Translations under genes and position numbers: made by a program
In this document: piece by piece, positions 1 through 8,732 of the stretch
How the letters are laid out: each line of letters opens with the position of its first letter
Numbering within the stretch: position 1 is the first letter of the stretch
Assembly (NCBI RefSeq): GCF_001306055.1
Contig: NZ_LGHJ01000017.1
Coordinates: 150,001 to 182,000, forward strand
Length of the DNA: 32,000 bases
Direction: 5' to 3'
DNA from: Bellilinea caldifistulae
GTDB lineage: Bacteria > Chloroflexota > Anaerolineae > Anaerolineales > Anaerolineaceae
The notes under the pieces: model-generated
The model's input: only the letters and a program-made list of their open reading frames with translations
What the model was told of the DNA's origin: nothing
The model's database searches: none

Positions 1-1
1 C

Positions 2-199
2 GTTGCCGCCGGAGCATTGGTCACAAAAGACGTACCGCCTTATTCGATTGTTGCTGGTGTTCCGGCGCGGGTGATCAAACTTCGTTTTGATAGTTTAGAA
101 ACCACTCTTGAACATGAGCGCATCCTCTACCCGCCTGAACAACGTTTGCCCGTAGATGTTTTGATTGAAAGTGTTCAATCCGTGTATGAAAAAGGCTGA
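2..199 (+). CDS. Hexapeptide-repeat (left-handed beta-helix) acetyltransferase, C-terminal fragment; the 5' end lies outside the window
   Basis: The open frame runs from the window edge. [29 protein letters not shown] is the typical last LbH turns plus C-terminal tail of sugar/xenobiotic O/N-acetyltransferases. Stop at 197-199. Confidence 0.6.
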   Translation, partial: VAAGALVTKDVPPYSIVAGVPARVIKLRFDSLETTLEHERILYPPEQRLPVDVLIESVQSVYEKG

Positions 200-1331
200 A
201 CCCGCCAGCAAATTATCTGTAATGCTCGCCGGTCATTTACACCCACCGGTCGGGGGAATTTCCGCTTACTTTGCTGCATTGTTGAGTTCCTCTCTCCCCC
301 AACAGGTCGAACTCCACTTTGTCCAAACCACTTCACCGCAGCGACCGTTCCATCAGGCAGGAAAATTCACTTTTCCAAATCTGCTTACGGCTTTAACCGA
401 TTGCTACCAATTTACTCAGGCTGTTTTTTCCGTCCGACCTCAAATTGTCCACATCGCTACGGCGTTCGGCTGGTCGTTCATCAAGCACTCATTCTGCGTG
501 CTGATTGCCAAAGCGGCCGGCTGCCGGGTTCTGCTTCATCCCCATTGCAGTTTTGCCGCCATGTACAGCAATCATTCGTCCATTTGGAAGTTCATCTTTC
601 GTTTTCTCATCCGCTTCCCCGATGCAGTGTTGATTCTTTCGTCGGAGTGGATGCAGCTCCGCGAAATATGCCCAGCCTGCAAAACCTATTTGCTCCACAA
701 CGCCATTGATTTAAGGCCATATCTGCCGCTTGCCAACGACCGAATCACCCAGCCCCATACCTCTTCACCAACTCAGATACTCTTTCTGGGTCACATTGGA
801 AAGGCGAAAGGTTCTTTTGTGCTGGTTGAAACCGCCAGGATCTTAAAGAAAAAAGGAGAGGTCTTCTTCATCCATCTGGTAGGGTCAGAACTGACTAAAG
901 GTGAAATCGTTTACCTGCAAAAAGTGATTGAAGAAAACCAGATGGAGGAGGTAATCCAAATTCACCCGCCTGCGTTTGAAGAGCAAAAATTTGAATTTTT
1001 CAGGCAGGCGGATGTGTTTGTTTATCCCTCCTTCCACGAAGGCATTCCCATGGCTGTCATCGAGGCAATGGCTTGTGGGCTGCCGGTTGTTGCAACCCGC
1101 GTTGGCGGACTACCAGATTTGATTCAGGAGGATGTCAACGGATTTTTAGTCCCGCCCGGTCGGCCTGATGCACTGGCCGATAAAATTGCTCTTTTGATTC
1201 GGGATGTCCCTCTCCGCCAGAAAATGCAGCGCGAGAGTTATCGTCTGGCTCAAAATCAATTTGAGATAGAGCAGCATGTAGAGAAACTGGTGCGTATCTA
1301 TCGTACGCTTTTGCAAACAAACCAGCAATAA
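186..1331 (+). CDS. Glycosyltransferase family 4 (GT-B, retaining)
   Basis: C-terminal GT4 signature: [57 protein letters not shown]. The ORF opens at TTG 165, but ATG 186 is the first ATG and overlaps the upstream stop. Confidence 0.85.
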   Translation: MKKAEPASKLSVMLAGHLHPPVGGISAYFAALLSSSLPQQVELHFVQTTSPQRPFHQAGKFTFPNLLTALTDCYQFTQAVFSVRPQIVHIATAFGWSFIKHSFCVLIAKAAGCRVLLHPHCSFAAMYSNHSSIWKFIFRFLIRFPDAVLILSSEWMQLREICPACKTYLLHNAIDLRPYLPLANDRITQPHTSSPTQILFLGHIGKAKGSFVLVETARILKKKGEVFFIHLVGSELTKGEIVYLQKVIEENQMEEVIQIHPPAFEEQKFEFFRQADVFVYPSFHEGIPMAVIEAMACGLPVVATRVGGLPDLIQEDVNGFLVPPGRPDALADKIALLIRDVPLRQKMQRESYRLAQNQFEIEQHVEKLVRIYRTLLQTNQQ

Positions 1332-1365
1332 CCCAATTCAACCGATTCATCTTTTCTATAAACAA

Positions 1366-2631
1366 TTGGACTGGAAATTGAAAATCCTGATGCTCGTTCC
1401 CCATTATGAACCCGACCTCGGCCCCAGTGCGCCGTTATTCACCCTGCTAAGCACCGAACTGGCCAAGCGAGGTCATCATGTCTGTGTGCTGACCACTGTT
1501 CCCCATTACCCCAGCGGCATCGTCCCCCCTTCTTTTCGGAAAAAGCCGATTCAGCTCTCCATCGAAAATGGTGTGGAAATTTATCGGATTCGCGTGCCTT
1601 CCATGGATCGCTCCCGTCTGACCGCCCGAATGCTGCAATTCATTGCCTTTCAATGGGGTGCGACCATCAAGGGTTTATCGCTTAAGTACGATGTGGTCTT
1701 TGCTGCTAACCCGGCATTGTGGGTCTGGCTTCCCTTTACCTGCCTTTCCGTTCTACGCCGAAAACCGGCTGTCTTTTCCGTTTATGACCTTTACCCAGAT
1801 GTGGGAGTTCAATTAGGAATCTTTCGCAGCCAACTCGTCATTGAGATGGTTGGATTGCTGGAAAAATTTTGTTTGCGTCATTCCGCCATTGTACGCATCA
1901 TCTCGGAATCTTTCAGAAGTAGCATCCGCCGCTTTGGTATCCCGGACTCGAAAATCCGCTTGATACCGGACTGGGTGGACACGGAACTTATTCGCCCCCT
2001 GCCGCATCAAAATTCCTTCACAAGCCAGTACGGTCTGAACGGCCGCTTCATCATTCAGTATGCCGGTAACATCGGATTTTCGCAAGGTCTGGAGCAGATT
2101 CTCGAAGCTGCCCAATCACTGACAAAGTATCCGGAGATTCTGTTTGTGCTGGTGGGAGATGGCAGTGGTAAAGAAAAACTTCAGCAGGATGCACAAAAGC
2201 GCAACTTAACCAATCTTCGCTTCATCCCTTTTCAACCCCGCCAACGATTAGCCGAAGTGCTGGCAGCCGCAGACGTGTCTCTGGTTGTACTAAAACCAGG
2301 GGTAGCCTACACCGCCATGCCCTCCAAAATCCTTTCTATTTTGGCAAGCGGCAGACCCATCATTGCCTGTGTGGATCAGGACAGCGAAACATGGAATTTC
2401 ATCCAGCGGACGGGTGCAGGGCTGTGTGTTTGGCCTGACAAGCCTGAAGAATTTATTCAGGCTATCCTGACTCTCCACTCAAATCCTGATCTGCGCAGCC
2501 AAATGGGCTGCATCGGCAGACAATGGGTATTGCAAAACCACACCCCTGCCGTTGCCGCGGCAACCATGGAGCGTCTGTTTTTATCCATACTGCGCTATTC
2601 TCACCCAAAACCCCAAACCATTTCCTCTTGA
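1366..2631 (+). CDS. Glycosyltransferase family 4, WcaI-like
   Basis: The N-terminus KILMLVPHYEPDLGPSAPLFTLLSTELAKRGHHVCVLTTVPHYPSG is typical of WcaI-type GT4 enzymes, with the C-terminal SKILSILASGRPIIA motif. Start is TTG 1366 or TTG 1378. Confidence 0.85.
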   Translation: MDWKLKILMLVPHYEPDLGPSAPLFTLLSTELAKRGHHVCVLTTVPHYPSGIVPPSFRKKPIQLSIENGVEIYRIRVPSMDRSRLTARMLQFIAFQWGATIKGLSLKYDVVFAANPALWVWLPFTCLSVLRRKPAVFSVYDLYPDVGVQLGIFRSQLVIEMVGLLEKFCLRHSAIVRIISESFRSSIRRFGIPDSKIRLIPDWVDTELIRPLPHQNSFTSQYGLNGRFIIQYAGNIGFSQGLEQILEAAQSLTKYPEILFVLVGDGSGKEKLQQDAQKRNLTNLRFIPFQPRQRLAEVLAAADVSLVVLKPGVAYTAMPSKILSILASGRPIIACVDQDSETWNFIQRTGAGLCVWPDKPEEFIQAILTLHSNPDLRSQMGCIGRQWVLQNHTPAVAAATMERLFLSILRYSHPKPQTISS

Positions 2632-2685
2632 ATTCTCTACGCCGCCTGAAAACCCTTAGCCTGGCATCCTCATCTGGTTCTACCC

Positions 2686-3345
2686 TTGAATAATCCCACC
2701 TTAGCCAGAACTTCTTTCTGGATCTTATGGAGTTTGCTGATCCTCATCTTTGCTTCGCTGCTTGTTTTCTATCCTGTTTTTTTGAAAGCAATCGGGGAAT
2801 TTCTGATTATCGAGGACCCGCTCACCCATGCCGATGTGATCCATGTGATTGCTGGTGAGGACTACCGTACCCAATACGCCATCCAACTTTATCAGCAAGG
2901 ATACGCCGACTCTCTGTTTTTCACCGGAGGTTGGTGCGATAAGCACCAGTGGGAGCACGGCGTACATGCCCGGCAAATGGCAATTGCGCAGGGCGTACCC
3001 CCTCAGTCCATTGGAAGCGACGATTCACCGGTGACGAGCACCTATTCTGAGGTGCAAAATCTTAAGAAGTGGGTCATCTCCCAGCCGGCTTCGCTTCACA
3101 CCATTATGGTAGTCAGTGATCCCTATCACATGCGCAGGGCAAAATGGACTTATCAGATTGTGTTTGGAAAAGAATTCACCATTCTGATGGCACCGGTACC
3201 ATTCGACCAGACTCCCTATCGGCAGGAATGGTGGAAAGATGCGGAAACCCGACATTTTGTCATGGAGGAATATCTCAAAATTTTGTATTACCTGCTTCGC
3301 TACGGATTGTCCATTCAATGGCTTGAAATTCTGGATACGGAATAA
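2686..3345 (+). CDS. DUF218 / YdcF (SanA/ElyC-like) family membrane-anchored protein
   Basis: N-terminal TM helix (FWILWSLLILIFASLLVFYPVF), then IHVIAGEDYRTQYAIQLYQQGYADSLFFTGG and VVSDPYHMRRAKWTY, the conserved DUF218 core. TTG start. Confidence 0.7.
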   Translation: MNNPTLARTSFWILWSLLILIFASLLVFYPVFLKAIGEFLIIEDPLTHADVIHVIAGEDYRTQYAIQLYQQGYADSLFFTGGWCDKHQWEHGVHARQMAIAQGVPPQSIGSDDSPVTSTYSEVQNLKKWVISQPASLHTIMVVSDPYHMRRAKWTYQIVFGKEFTILMAPVPFDQTPYRQEWWKDAETRHFVMEEYLKILYYLLRYGLSIQWLEILDTE

Positions 3346-3347
3346 AC

Positions 3348-4292
3348 ATGAACGTTGAGATTTTTGCTGAATGGCTGCGCCGTCAAGGCCACCATATTTA
3401 CCAGACTGCCAGTAGTTACTGGTACGATGCCGGCCCGCGAGTACTGCAGTCTTTTCCATATCACTGGTTAATTCAACCATCTTCCCGTGAAATTCAAGAC
3501 CTGCTGTGGAAGAAGAACATCCTCGCCGTGCGCTTTTCTGCGCCGGTAAACTCCCCGACCGGAATGATCAGTTATCACGTTGTGCTGGAAGATCCAGAAT
3601 ATTGCCTTGAAAAACTGAAACCTCAGGCTCGCAACGGCATCCGCCGGGGTCTGGAAAATTGCCGAATAGAACAAATTTCTTTTGAGCGTCTGGCAGATGA
3701 GGGCTGGCAGCTTCAACGGGACACCCTGGAAAGACAAAACCGATTAAACAGCATGAAAAAAGAGCAATGGCAAAGGATTTGTCTGGCAGCGATTGGTTTG
3801 CCCTCTCTCACAACCTGGGCGGCACTGGTCAGCAGTGAGCTGGCCGCCGCCATCATCACCTGTCGGTTGGCTGATAAGGTATATGTGCCGTATGCGCTCA
3901 GCCGGAGTACCTTTTTAGGACTGCATGTCAACCAGGCTCTCTTCTACACCGCCTGTCGCGAGATAATGAGTGAGCCGGGTATAACCGGCATCTTCTTCAA
4001 TCTCCATTCGCTCGATGCTCCCGAAAGCGTGGACGAATTTAAGTTCCGTCTCGGCTTCACTGCAAAACCCGTTCGCCAGCAAATCATCTTCCACCCATTG
4101 GTGAAACCGTTGATTAACAAAACAACCTATCGAATCATTGTTTCACGCATTGAAAAAGATCCGCAAAATACTTTCTTGAGGAAAGTGGAAGGGATGATGC
4201 GTTTTTTCCTGCGGGGCAAACAACCGCTGGCAGACCAACCATGGCCGAAATGTCTTGAAAACGCCAGAGAGGAATGGCAGCCTATTCAATAA
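3348..4292 (+). CDS. FemAB-like / GNAT-fold (Acetyltransf_6-type) acyl- or aminoacyl-transferase, putative
   Basis: The pattern KPQARNGIRRGLENCRIEQISFERL ... ELAAAIITCRLADKVYVPYALS ... VDEFKFRLGFTAKPV resembles FemAB-related GNAT proteins common in EPS loci. ATG lies 3 nt after the upstream stop. Confidence 0.5.
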   Translation: MNVEIFAEWLRRQGHHIYQTASSYWYDAGPRVLQSFPYHWLIQPSSREIQDLLWKKNILAVRFSAPVNSPTGMISYHVVLEDPEYCLEKLKPQARNGIRRGLENCRIEQISFERLADEGWQLQRDTLERQNRLNSMKKEQWQRICLAAIGLPSLTTWAALVSSELAAAIITCRLADKVYVPYALSRSTFLGLHVNQALFYTACREIMSEPGITGIFFNLHSLDAPESVDEFKFRLGFTAKPVRQQIIFHPLVKPLINKTTYRIIVSRIEKDPQNTFLRKVEGMMRFFLRGKQPLADQPWPKCLENAREEWQPIQ

Positions 4293-4332
4293 AAACCAGC
4301 CGGATATTTATGCTTAAGTGAGATCAGAACAG

Positions 4333-4896
4333 ATGTTTAACGACCCGTACAGCCAGTGTCAGATTCCCGCTTTATCCAAAATCGCCGAAGGCGAACAAAA
4401 AGACACTTCCCTGCCTTTCCTCGTCCGCTTTAAGCGCCGATTCGCGAAGGTGTGGAATTACACAGTCAAGAACCGCCTGAAAAAAATTGATAAAACGCTC
4501 TCCAAAAAACACAAACTGAACACCACTGCCACAATTTTCCCGGAAAAGTTACAGGCAGGTGATTGGGTAAGGGTGCGACCGGCCGAAGACATCCAATCCA
4601 CACTGGACAGGTGGCATGAGTTGAAAGGATGTGCTTTCCTTTCCGAGATGTGGCAGTATTGCGGCACAACCCAACGGGTATTGGTACGCATGGAAAGATT
4701 TTTGGATGAGCGTGACTATAAGGTTAAAAAATGCAATGGAATTGTCCTGCTGGAAGGATTGATGTGCACGGGAACCCCGGTGTTTGGCCGGTGCGATCGG
4801 CGCTGTCACTTTTTCTGGCGGGAAGAATGGCTGGAAAAAATCAACTCAGAAGATCCTGTTTATGAGGCTGCCAATTCAAGCCGGAATCGAGAATAA
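4333..4896 (+). CDS. Hypothetical Cys-rich protein of unknown function (basic N-terminus, conserved-looking C-terminal domain)
   Basis: The 192-aa ORF has possible starts at GTG 4318 and ATG 4333. The C-terminal region reads GDWVRVRPAEDIQSTLD...YCGTTQRV...KKCNGIVLLEGLMCTG...GRCDRRCHFFWREEWLEKI. No family could be named from memory with certainty. Confidence 0.5.
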   Translation: MFNDPYSQCQIPALSKIAEGEQKDTSLPFLVRFKRRFAKVWNYTVKNRLKKIDKTLSKKHKLNTTATIFPEKLQAGDWVRVRPAEDIQSTLDRWHELKGCAFLSEMWQYCGTTQRVLVRMERFLDERDYKVKKCNGIVLLEGLMCTGTPVFGRCDRRCHFFWREEWLEKINSEDPVYEAANSSRNRE

Positions 4897-4899
4897 CTG

Positions 4900-7029
4900 T
4901 TGAAATTTTCAATAAACCGATCTAACACCTTCCCCCACAGAGTACACCATAAAACCATAGAATCCCGATTTGGTCATTTTCTTTACCTTACACCTTCAAA
5001 AGAAAGACTTACGCAAGTGGTGCAGAGAACAATTTACCGCATCTTAAAACGAGCCATAGATATCCTGGCATCCGGCTTTGGTTTGCTGCTGCTTGCGCCC
5101 TTCTTTGGTTTGATTGCGATCCTCATCAAGCGAGATTCGCCCGGGCCGGTTTTCTTCTGGTGCACCCGCGCCGGCAGATATGGAAAACCGTTCCGCATGT
5201 TGAAATTTCGCACCATGTACGAACAGCCGAGCAGTTACCTGGGACCGCCAATCACCTGCCACGCTGATGAACGCATAACACCCATTGGCCGCTGGCTGCG
5301 GGACAGTAAAATCAACGAACTCCCCCAACTCTGGAATGTCTTGATCGGCGATATGAGCCTCGTTGGGCCGCGCCCGGAGGATATTCACGTTGTGGAGCAT
5401 TGGCCAGCCGATGCAAAAGATGAAATCCTCTCTATACGCCCGGGCATTACCAGCCCGGCAAGCATCCTCTATCACGATGAAGAACATCGAATTCGATCCG
5501 ACAATGTAATGGGGGAATACCTCCGGCAAATTCTTCCAGACAAAATGCGCCTGGATCGGCTCTATGTCCGCAACCAATCACTGACCGCAGATCTGGACAT
5601 TATATTCTGGACGCTGGCTATATTTATACCCATCCTTGCCAAAGCAAAAATACCTGAAAATCTTCTCTTTTTTGGCCCACTCTCCCGCCTTGTTCATCGT
5701 TACCTGAACTGGTTTGTGTTAGATCTCATTGTTTCGCTGTTTGCGTTTACGCTGGTCGGATTGATTTTCCAAAGCCAGTTGCCAGATTTTTGGGGTCTCC
5801 GTCAATTGTTCATTCTAGCCATCATCATGGCACTGACCTTCAGTGGGATCAATTTCTTGTTGGGATTCAATCGAATTGTCTGGCGATATGCCACTGCAAA
5901 TGACGGTATTAACCTTCTGGCTGCTACCTCCTTGTTATCTCTGGTGGTCTTGATCTTCAATCACCTCCAGGGAATGTACCGGTGGTTCGCTTTTCCGGCG
6001 CTGCCGTCGCAATTGATTTTGATCATGTGTATGCTGGCACAGATCGGTTTATTGACCAGCCGTTACCGGCTAAGATTGCTTTCGTCAATCTCGAGCCGAT
6101 GGCTGAAATGGCGAAGATACTCCACCGGTATTGGCGAAAAAGTGGTGATTGTCGGCTTGGGAGGAAGTTTCCATACGGTGGTTCAATTATTGAGAAGTGA
6201 AGCCTTTCGTTATGTGTTTCAAACTATCGGTGTAGTGGATGATAACGCCACCTCCGAGATTGGGATGTGGGTGGAGGAATGTCTTGTACTGGGCAGGACA
6301 TCTGATCTACCTGACTTGATTGAGAAACACGACATTGGCATCCTTTTTGTGGCGGATGAAAATATACCGGATGAAGTAAAGCAAATGATCTGCGGTCTGC
6401 GCCATACTCACAGCGACCTGCGAATTGCAATAGCCTCACAAATCCTTCAAAGGCTGGAACAACAAATGATTCAAGCCAGCCGCCGGCTGCCTGATCAACT
6501 TATCTGGTCACCCGATTCCACCTTCTACTTAACCCTGCACGATCCGTTAACGGAACTGCCCAACCAATACCTGTTTTGCAAAGAGCTTCAACACGCCCTG
6601 GCATTCTCATCCAGATACCACACCACCCTGGCCATTCTTTTGATTCGACTGAATACAACTCTCCCGCGGGAGATCTGTCTCACCAAAGCAGAGACTTCAT
6701 CGTTGATGAAACAGGCAGCCCACCGGCTGATGACCCTCAAAAGAAAGAGTGATACCCTCGCCTGTCTGGGAGAGAACGAGTTCGGCTTAATCCTCGAAAA
6801 TCTTCTCAGCCCGAAAAACGTTATCCAAATTGCTCGTCGGATTAAACAAACACTCGCCGAGCCGGTCATCGTAAACAATCATTGTATCCAGTTGAGTGCT
6901 GAGATCAGTCTTTGCTCCAATTTCGAATCAGCCGAACAGATGGAACTGCCCAACCAACTACTCGACTGGATCTTGAAGCACCGTAAACCCCTTTCGTTTA
7001 CCCAGGAGGGCGTTTATGAACTGGGCTGA
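4900..7029 (+). CDS. Multidomain protein: bacterial sugar-transferase (phosphoglycosyl transferase) domain, about 4 TM helices, Rossmann-like (WbaP CoA-binding-type) domain, and a degenerate GGDEF domain
   Basis: PGT motifs: KRAIDILASGFGLLLLAPFFGLIAILIKRDSPGPVFF, PFRMLKFRTM, INELPQLWNVLIGDMSLVGPRPE, RPGITS, DRLYVRNQSLTADLDIIFWTL. Hydrophobic helices at about aa 255-400. Rossmann-like region: KVVIVGLGGSFHTVVQLL...IGVVDDN...VLGRTSDLPDLIEKHDIGILFVA. GGDEF-like region: HDPLTELPNQYLF...RKSD-TLACL-GENEFGLIL. There is no ATG at the 5' end; the start is TTG 4900 or GTG 5017/5020. Confidence 0.85.
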   Translation: MKFSINRSNTFPHRVHHKTIESRFGHFLYLTPSKERLTQVVQRTIYRILKRAIDILASGFGLLLLAPFFGLIAILIKRDSPGPVFFWCTRAGRYGKPFRMLKFRTMYEQPSSYLGPPITCHADERITPIGRWLRDSKINELPQLWNVLIGDMSLVGPRPEDIHVVEHWPADAKDEILSIRPGITSPASILYHDEEHRIRSDNVMGEYLRQILPDKMRLDRLYVRNQSLTADLDIIFWTLAIFIPILAKAKIPENLLFFGPLSRLVHRYLNWFVLDLIVSLFAFTLVGLIFQSQLPDFWGLRQLFILAIIMALTFSGINFLLGFNRIVWRYATANDGINLLAATSLLSLVVLIFNHLQGMYRWFAFPALPSQLILIMCMLAQIGLLTSRYRLRLLSSISSRWLKWRRYSTGIGEKVVIVGLGGSFHTVVQLLRSEAFRYVFQTIGVVDDNATSEIGMWVEECLVLGRTSDLPDLIEKHDIGILFVADENIPDEVKQMICGLRHTHSDLRIAIASQILQRLEQQMIQASRRLPDQLIWSPDSTFYLTLHDPLTELPNQYLFCKELQHALAFSSRYHTTLAILLIRLNTTLPREICLTKAETSSLMKQAAHRLMTLKRKSDTLACLGENEFGLILENLLSPKNVIQIARRIKQTLAEPVIVNNHCIQLSAEISLCSNFESAEQMELPNQLLDWILKHRKPLSFTQEGVYELG

Positions 7030-8005
7030 TCAAACAGTACTGGTAACTGGCGCTGGCGGCTTCATCGGAAGTCATCTGGTGGAAACGTTAGTTGGCAGGG
7101 GTGCTACCGTGCGGGCATGGGTGCGTTACAATTCCCGCGGCGACCCGGGGTTACTTAAGCTTTTATCCGGCGAAACTTTATCAAAAGTTGAAATTTTCAG
7201 CGGGGATCTCCTCAATCCCCATACTGCTCTCAATGCCGTGGAAGGATGCCAAATTATCTTTCATTTGGGTGCTCTCATTTCCATTCCATACTCCTACGCA
7301 CACCCCGATGAAGTCATCCAGACCAACCTTTTAGGGACATTAAACATTCTGATGGCGTGCCGGAAATCCGGCATTGAAAAATTGATTCATACCTCCAGCA
7401 GTGAGGTCTATGGAACTGCACGCTACGCGCCTATCAATGAGGAACATCCCCTGCAGGCCCAATCTCCCTACGCTGCCAGCAAAATTGGCGCGGACAAACT
7501 GGTTGAAAGTTTCTATCGCGCCTATGGCCTTCGGGTGGTGACTGTGCGGCCATTCAATACCTACGGCCCCCGCCAATCAGCCCGGGCGGTAATTCCTGCC
7601 ATCATCACTCAGGCACTGGTCAACAAAAAAATTCATCTTGGCAATGTAGAAACCAGCCGTGATTTCACTTTTATTACCGACACTGTGGCGGGGTTTATCC
7701 GCGCAGCCGAAACAAGCGGCATCGAAGGAATGGTGATAAATCTGGGATCCGGGCGAGAGATCCGCATCGGTGACCTGGTGCAATTAATCATTCAGAAAAT
7801 TGATCCATCAGTTGTTGTGGCAGTTGATCCGGAAAGGCTCCGACCGCTGAAATCCGAAGTCTTCCGGCTGATCTCCGACAATTCTCTTGCTGGCAAAGTT
7901 CTAGGCTGGCAGCCAACTGTATCCCTTGACGAGGGAATCAGCATAACAATTGATTGGATAAAACACCACCTGTATCTCTATCATATCGGAAGATATGAGG
8001 TTTAA
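7016..8005 (+). CDS. NAD-dependent NDP-sugar epimerase/dehydratase (extended SDR), likely a 4,6-dehydratase-type enzyme
   Basis: VLVTGAGGFIGSHLVETLV (GxxGxxG), SSSEVYG and YAASKIGADKL (catalytic YxxxK). Overlaps the upstream gene by 14 nt. Confidence 0.85.
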   Translation: MNWADQTVLVTGAGGFIGSHLVETLVGRGATVRAWVRYNSRGDPGLLKLLSGETLSKVEIFSGDLLNPHTALNAVEGCQIIFHLGALISIPYSYAHPDEVIQTNLLGTLNILMACRKSGIEKLIHTSSSEVYGTARYAPINEEHPLQAQSPYAASKIGADKLVESFYRAYGLRVVTVRPFNTYGPRQSARAVIPAIITQALVNKKIHLGNVETSRDFTFITDTVAGFIRAAETSGIEGMVINLGSGREIRIGDLVQLIIQKIDPSVVVAVDPERLRPLKSEVFRLISDNSLAGKVLGWQPTVSLDEGISITIDWIKHHLYLYHIGRYEV

Positions 8006-8015
8006 GAGGTGAACG

Positions 8016-8732
8016 ATGAAAGCGGTCATTTTAGCGGGAGGTAAAGGAACACGGTTGGCACCCTACACCAAAATACTGCCAAAGCCGTTGATGCCGATTG
8101 GGGATATGCCCATTCTGGAAGTGATTTTACGGCAATTAAGTTGGGCCGGCATCCATGAAGTCATATTGACAGTTGGGCACCTTTCTGAATTATTACGTGC
8201 TTTCTTTCAGGATGGGAGTCGTCTGGGCATTCAAATTGAGTACTCTTATGAAGATACCCCTCTGGGAACTGCCGGCCCATTAGCGCTGGTTGAGGGTCTG
8301 GATGAAACCTTTTTAGTGTGCAATGGGGATGTACTTACCGACTTGAATTTGTGCGAACTGATTCAATTCCACAAGAAAGAAAAAGCGGTGGCTACTATTG
8401 CAGTACATCATCGTCAGGTCAAAATTGACTTTGGAGTCATTGAATGGAACGAGAAACCTCATATTGCCTGTTACATTGAAAAACCAACCATCGATTACAT
8501 GGTCAGCATGGGAATTTATGTGTTTGAGCCCGCAGTTTTGAAGTACATCCCACGCGGTCAGTATCTGGATTTTCCAGATCTGGTCAAAATTTTATTGGCT
8601 GCCGGCGAAAGAGTGGTCGGTTATCTGTTCGAAGGATACTGGCACGATCTTGGTCGGCCAGATGATTACGAACATGCAACCGCTGATTTCGAAAAGATGC
8701 GTTCACAGTTCTTTCACGAGACAAATCCATGA
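8016..8732 (+). CDS. Sugar-1-phosphate nucleotidyltransferase (NTP_transferase family)
   Basis: The N-terminus MKAVILAGGKGTRLAPYTKILPKPLMPIG is the canonical nucleotidyltransferase signature. A GAGGTG Shine-Dalgarno (SD) sequence lies upstream. Confidence 0.85.
   Translation: MKAVILAGGKGTRLAPYTKILPKPLMPIGDMPILEVILRQLSWAGIHEVILTVGHLSELLRAFFQDGSRLGIQIEYSYEDTPLGTAGPLALVEGLDETFLVCNGDVLTDLNLCELIQFHKKEKAVATIAVHHRQVKIDFGVIEWNEKPHIACYIEKPTIDYMVSMGIYVFEPAVLKYIPRGQYLDFPDLVKILLAAGERVVGYLFEGYWHDLGRPDDYEHATADFEKMRSQFFHETNP

Noticed and set aside
5044-5577. A 177-aa ORF antisense to the PGT domain. Similar long antisense or alternative-frame ORFs occur at 3025-3480(-), 12496-13134(+), 17503-18066(-), 18744-19268(-), 21203-21871(-) and 14589-15077(+).
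   Set aside because: All lie fully inside genes with strong family motifs on the other strand or frame. Their translations are Arg/Gly/Ala/Pro-rich with no recognisable motifs and no SD. These are typical shadow ORFs of moderately GC-rich DNA.
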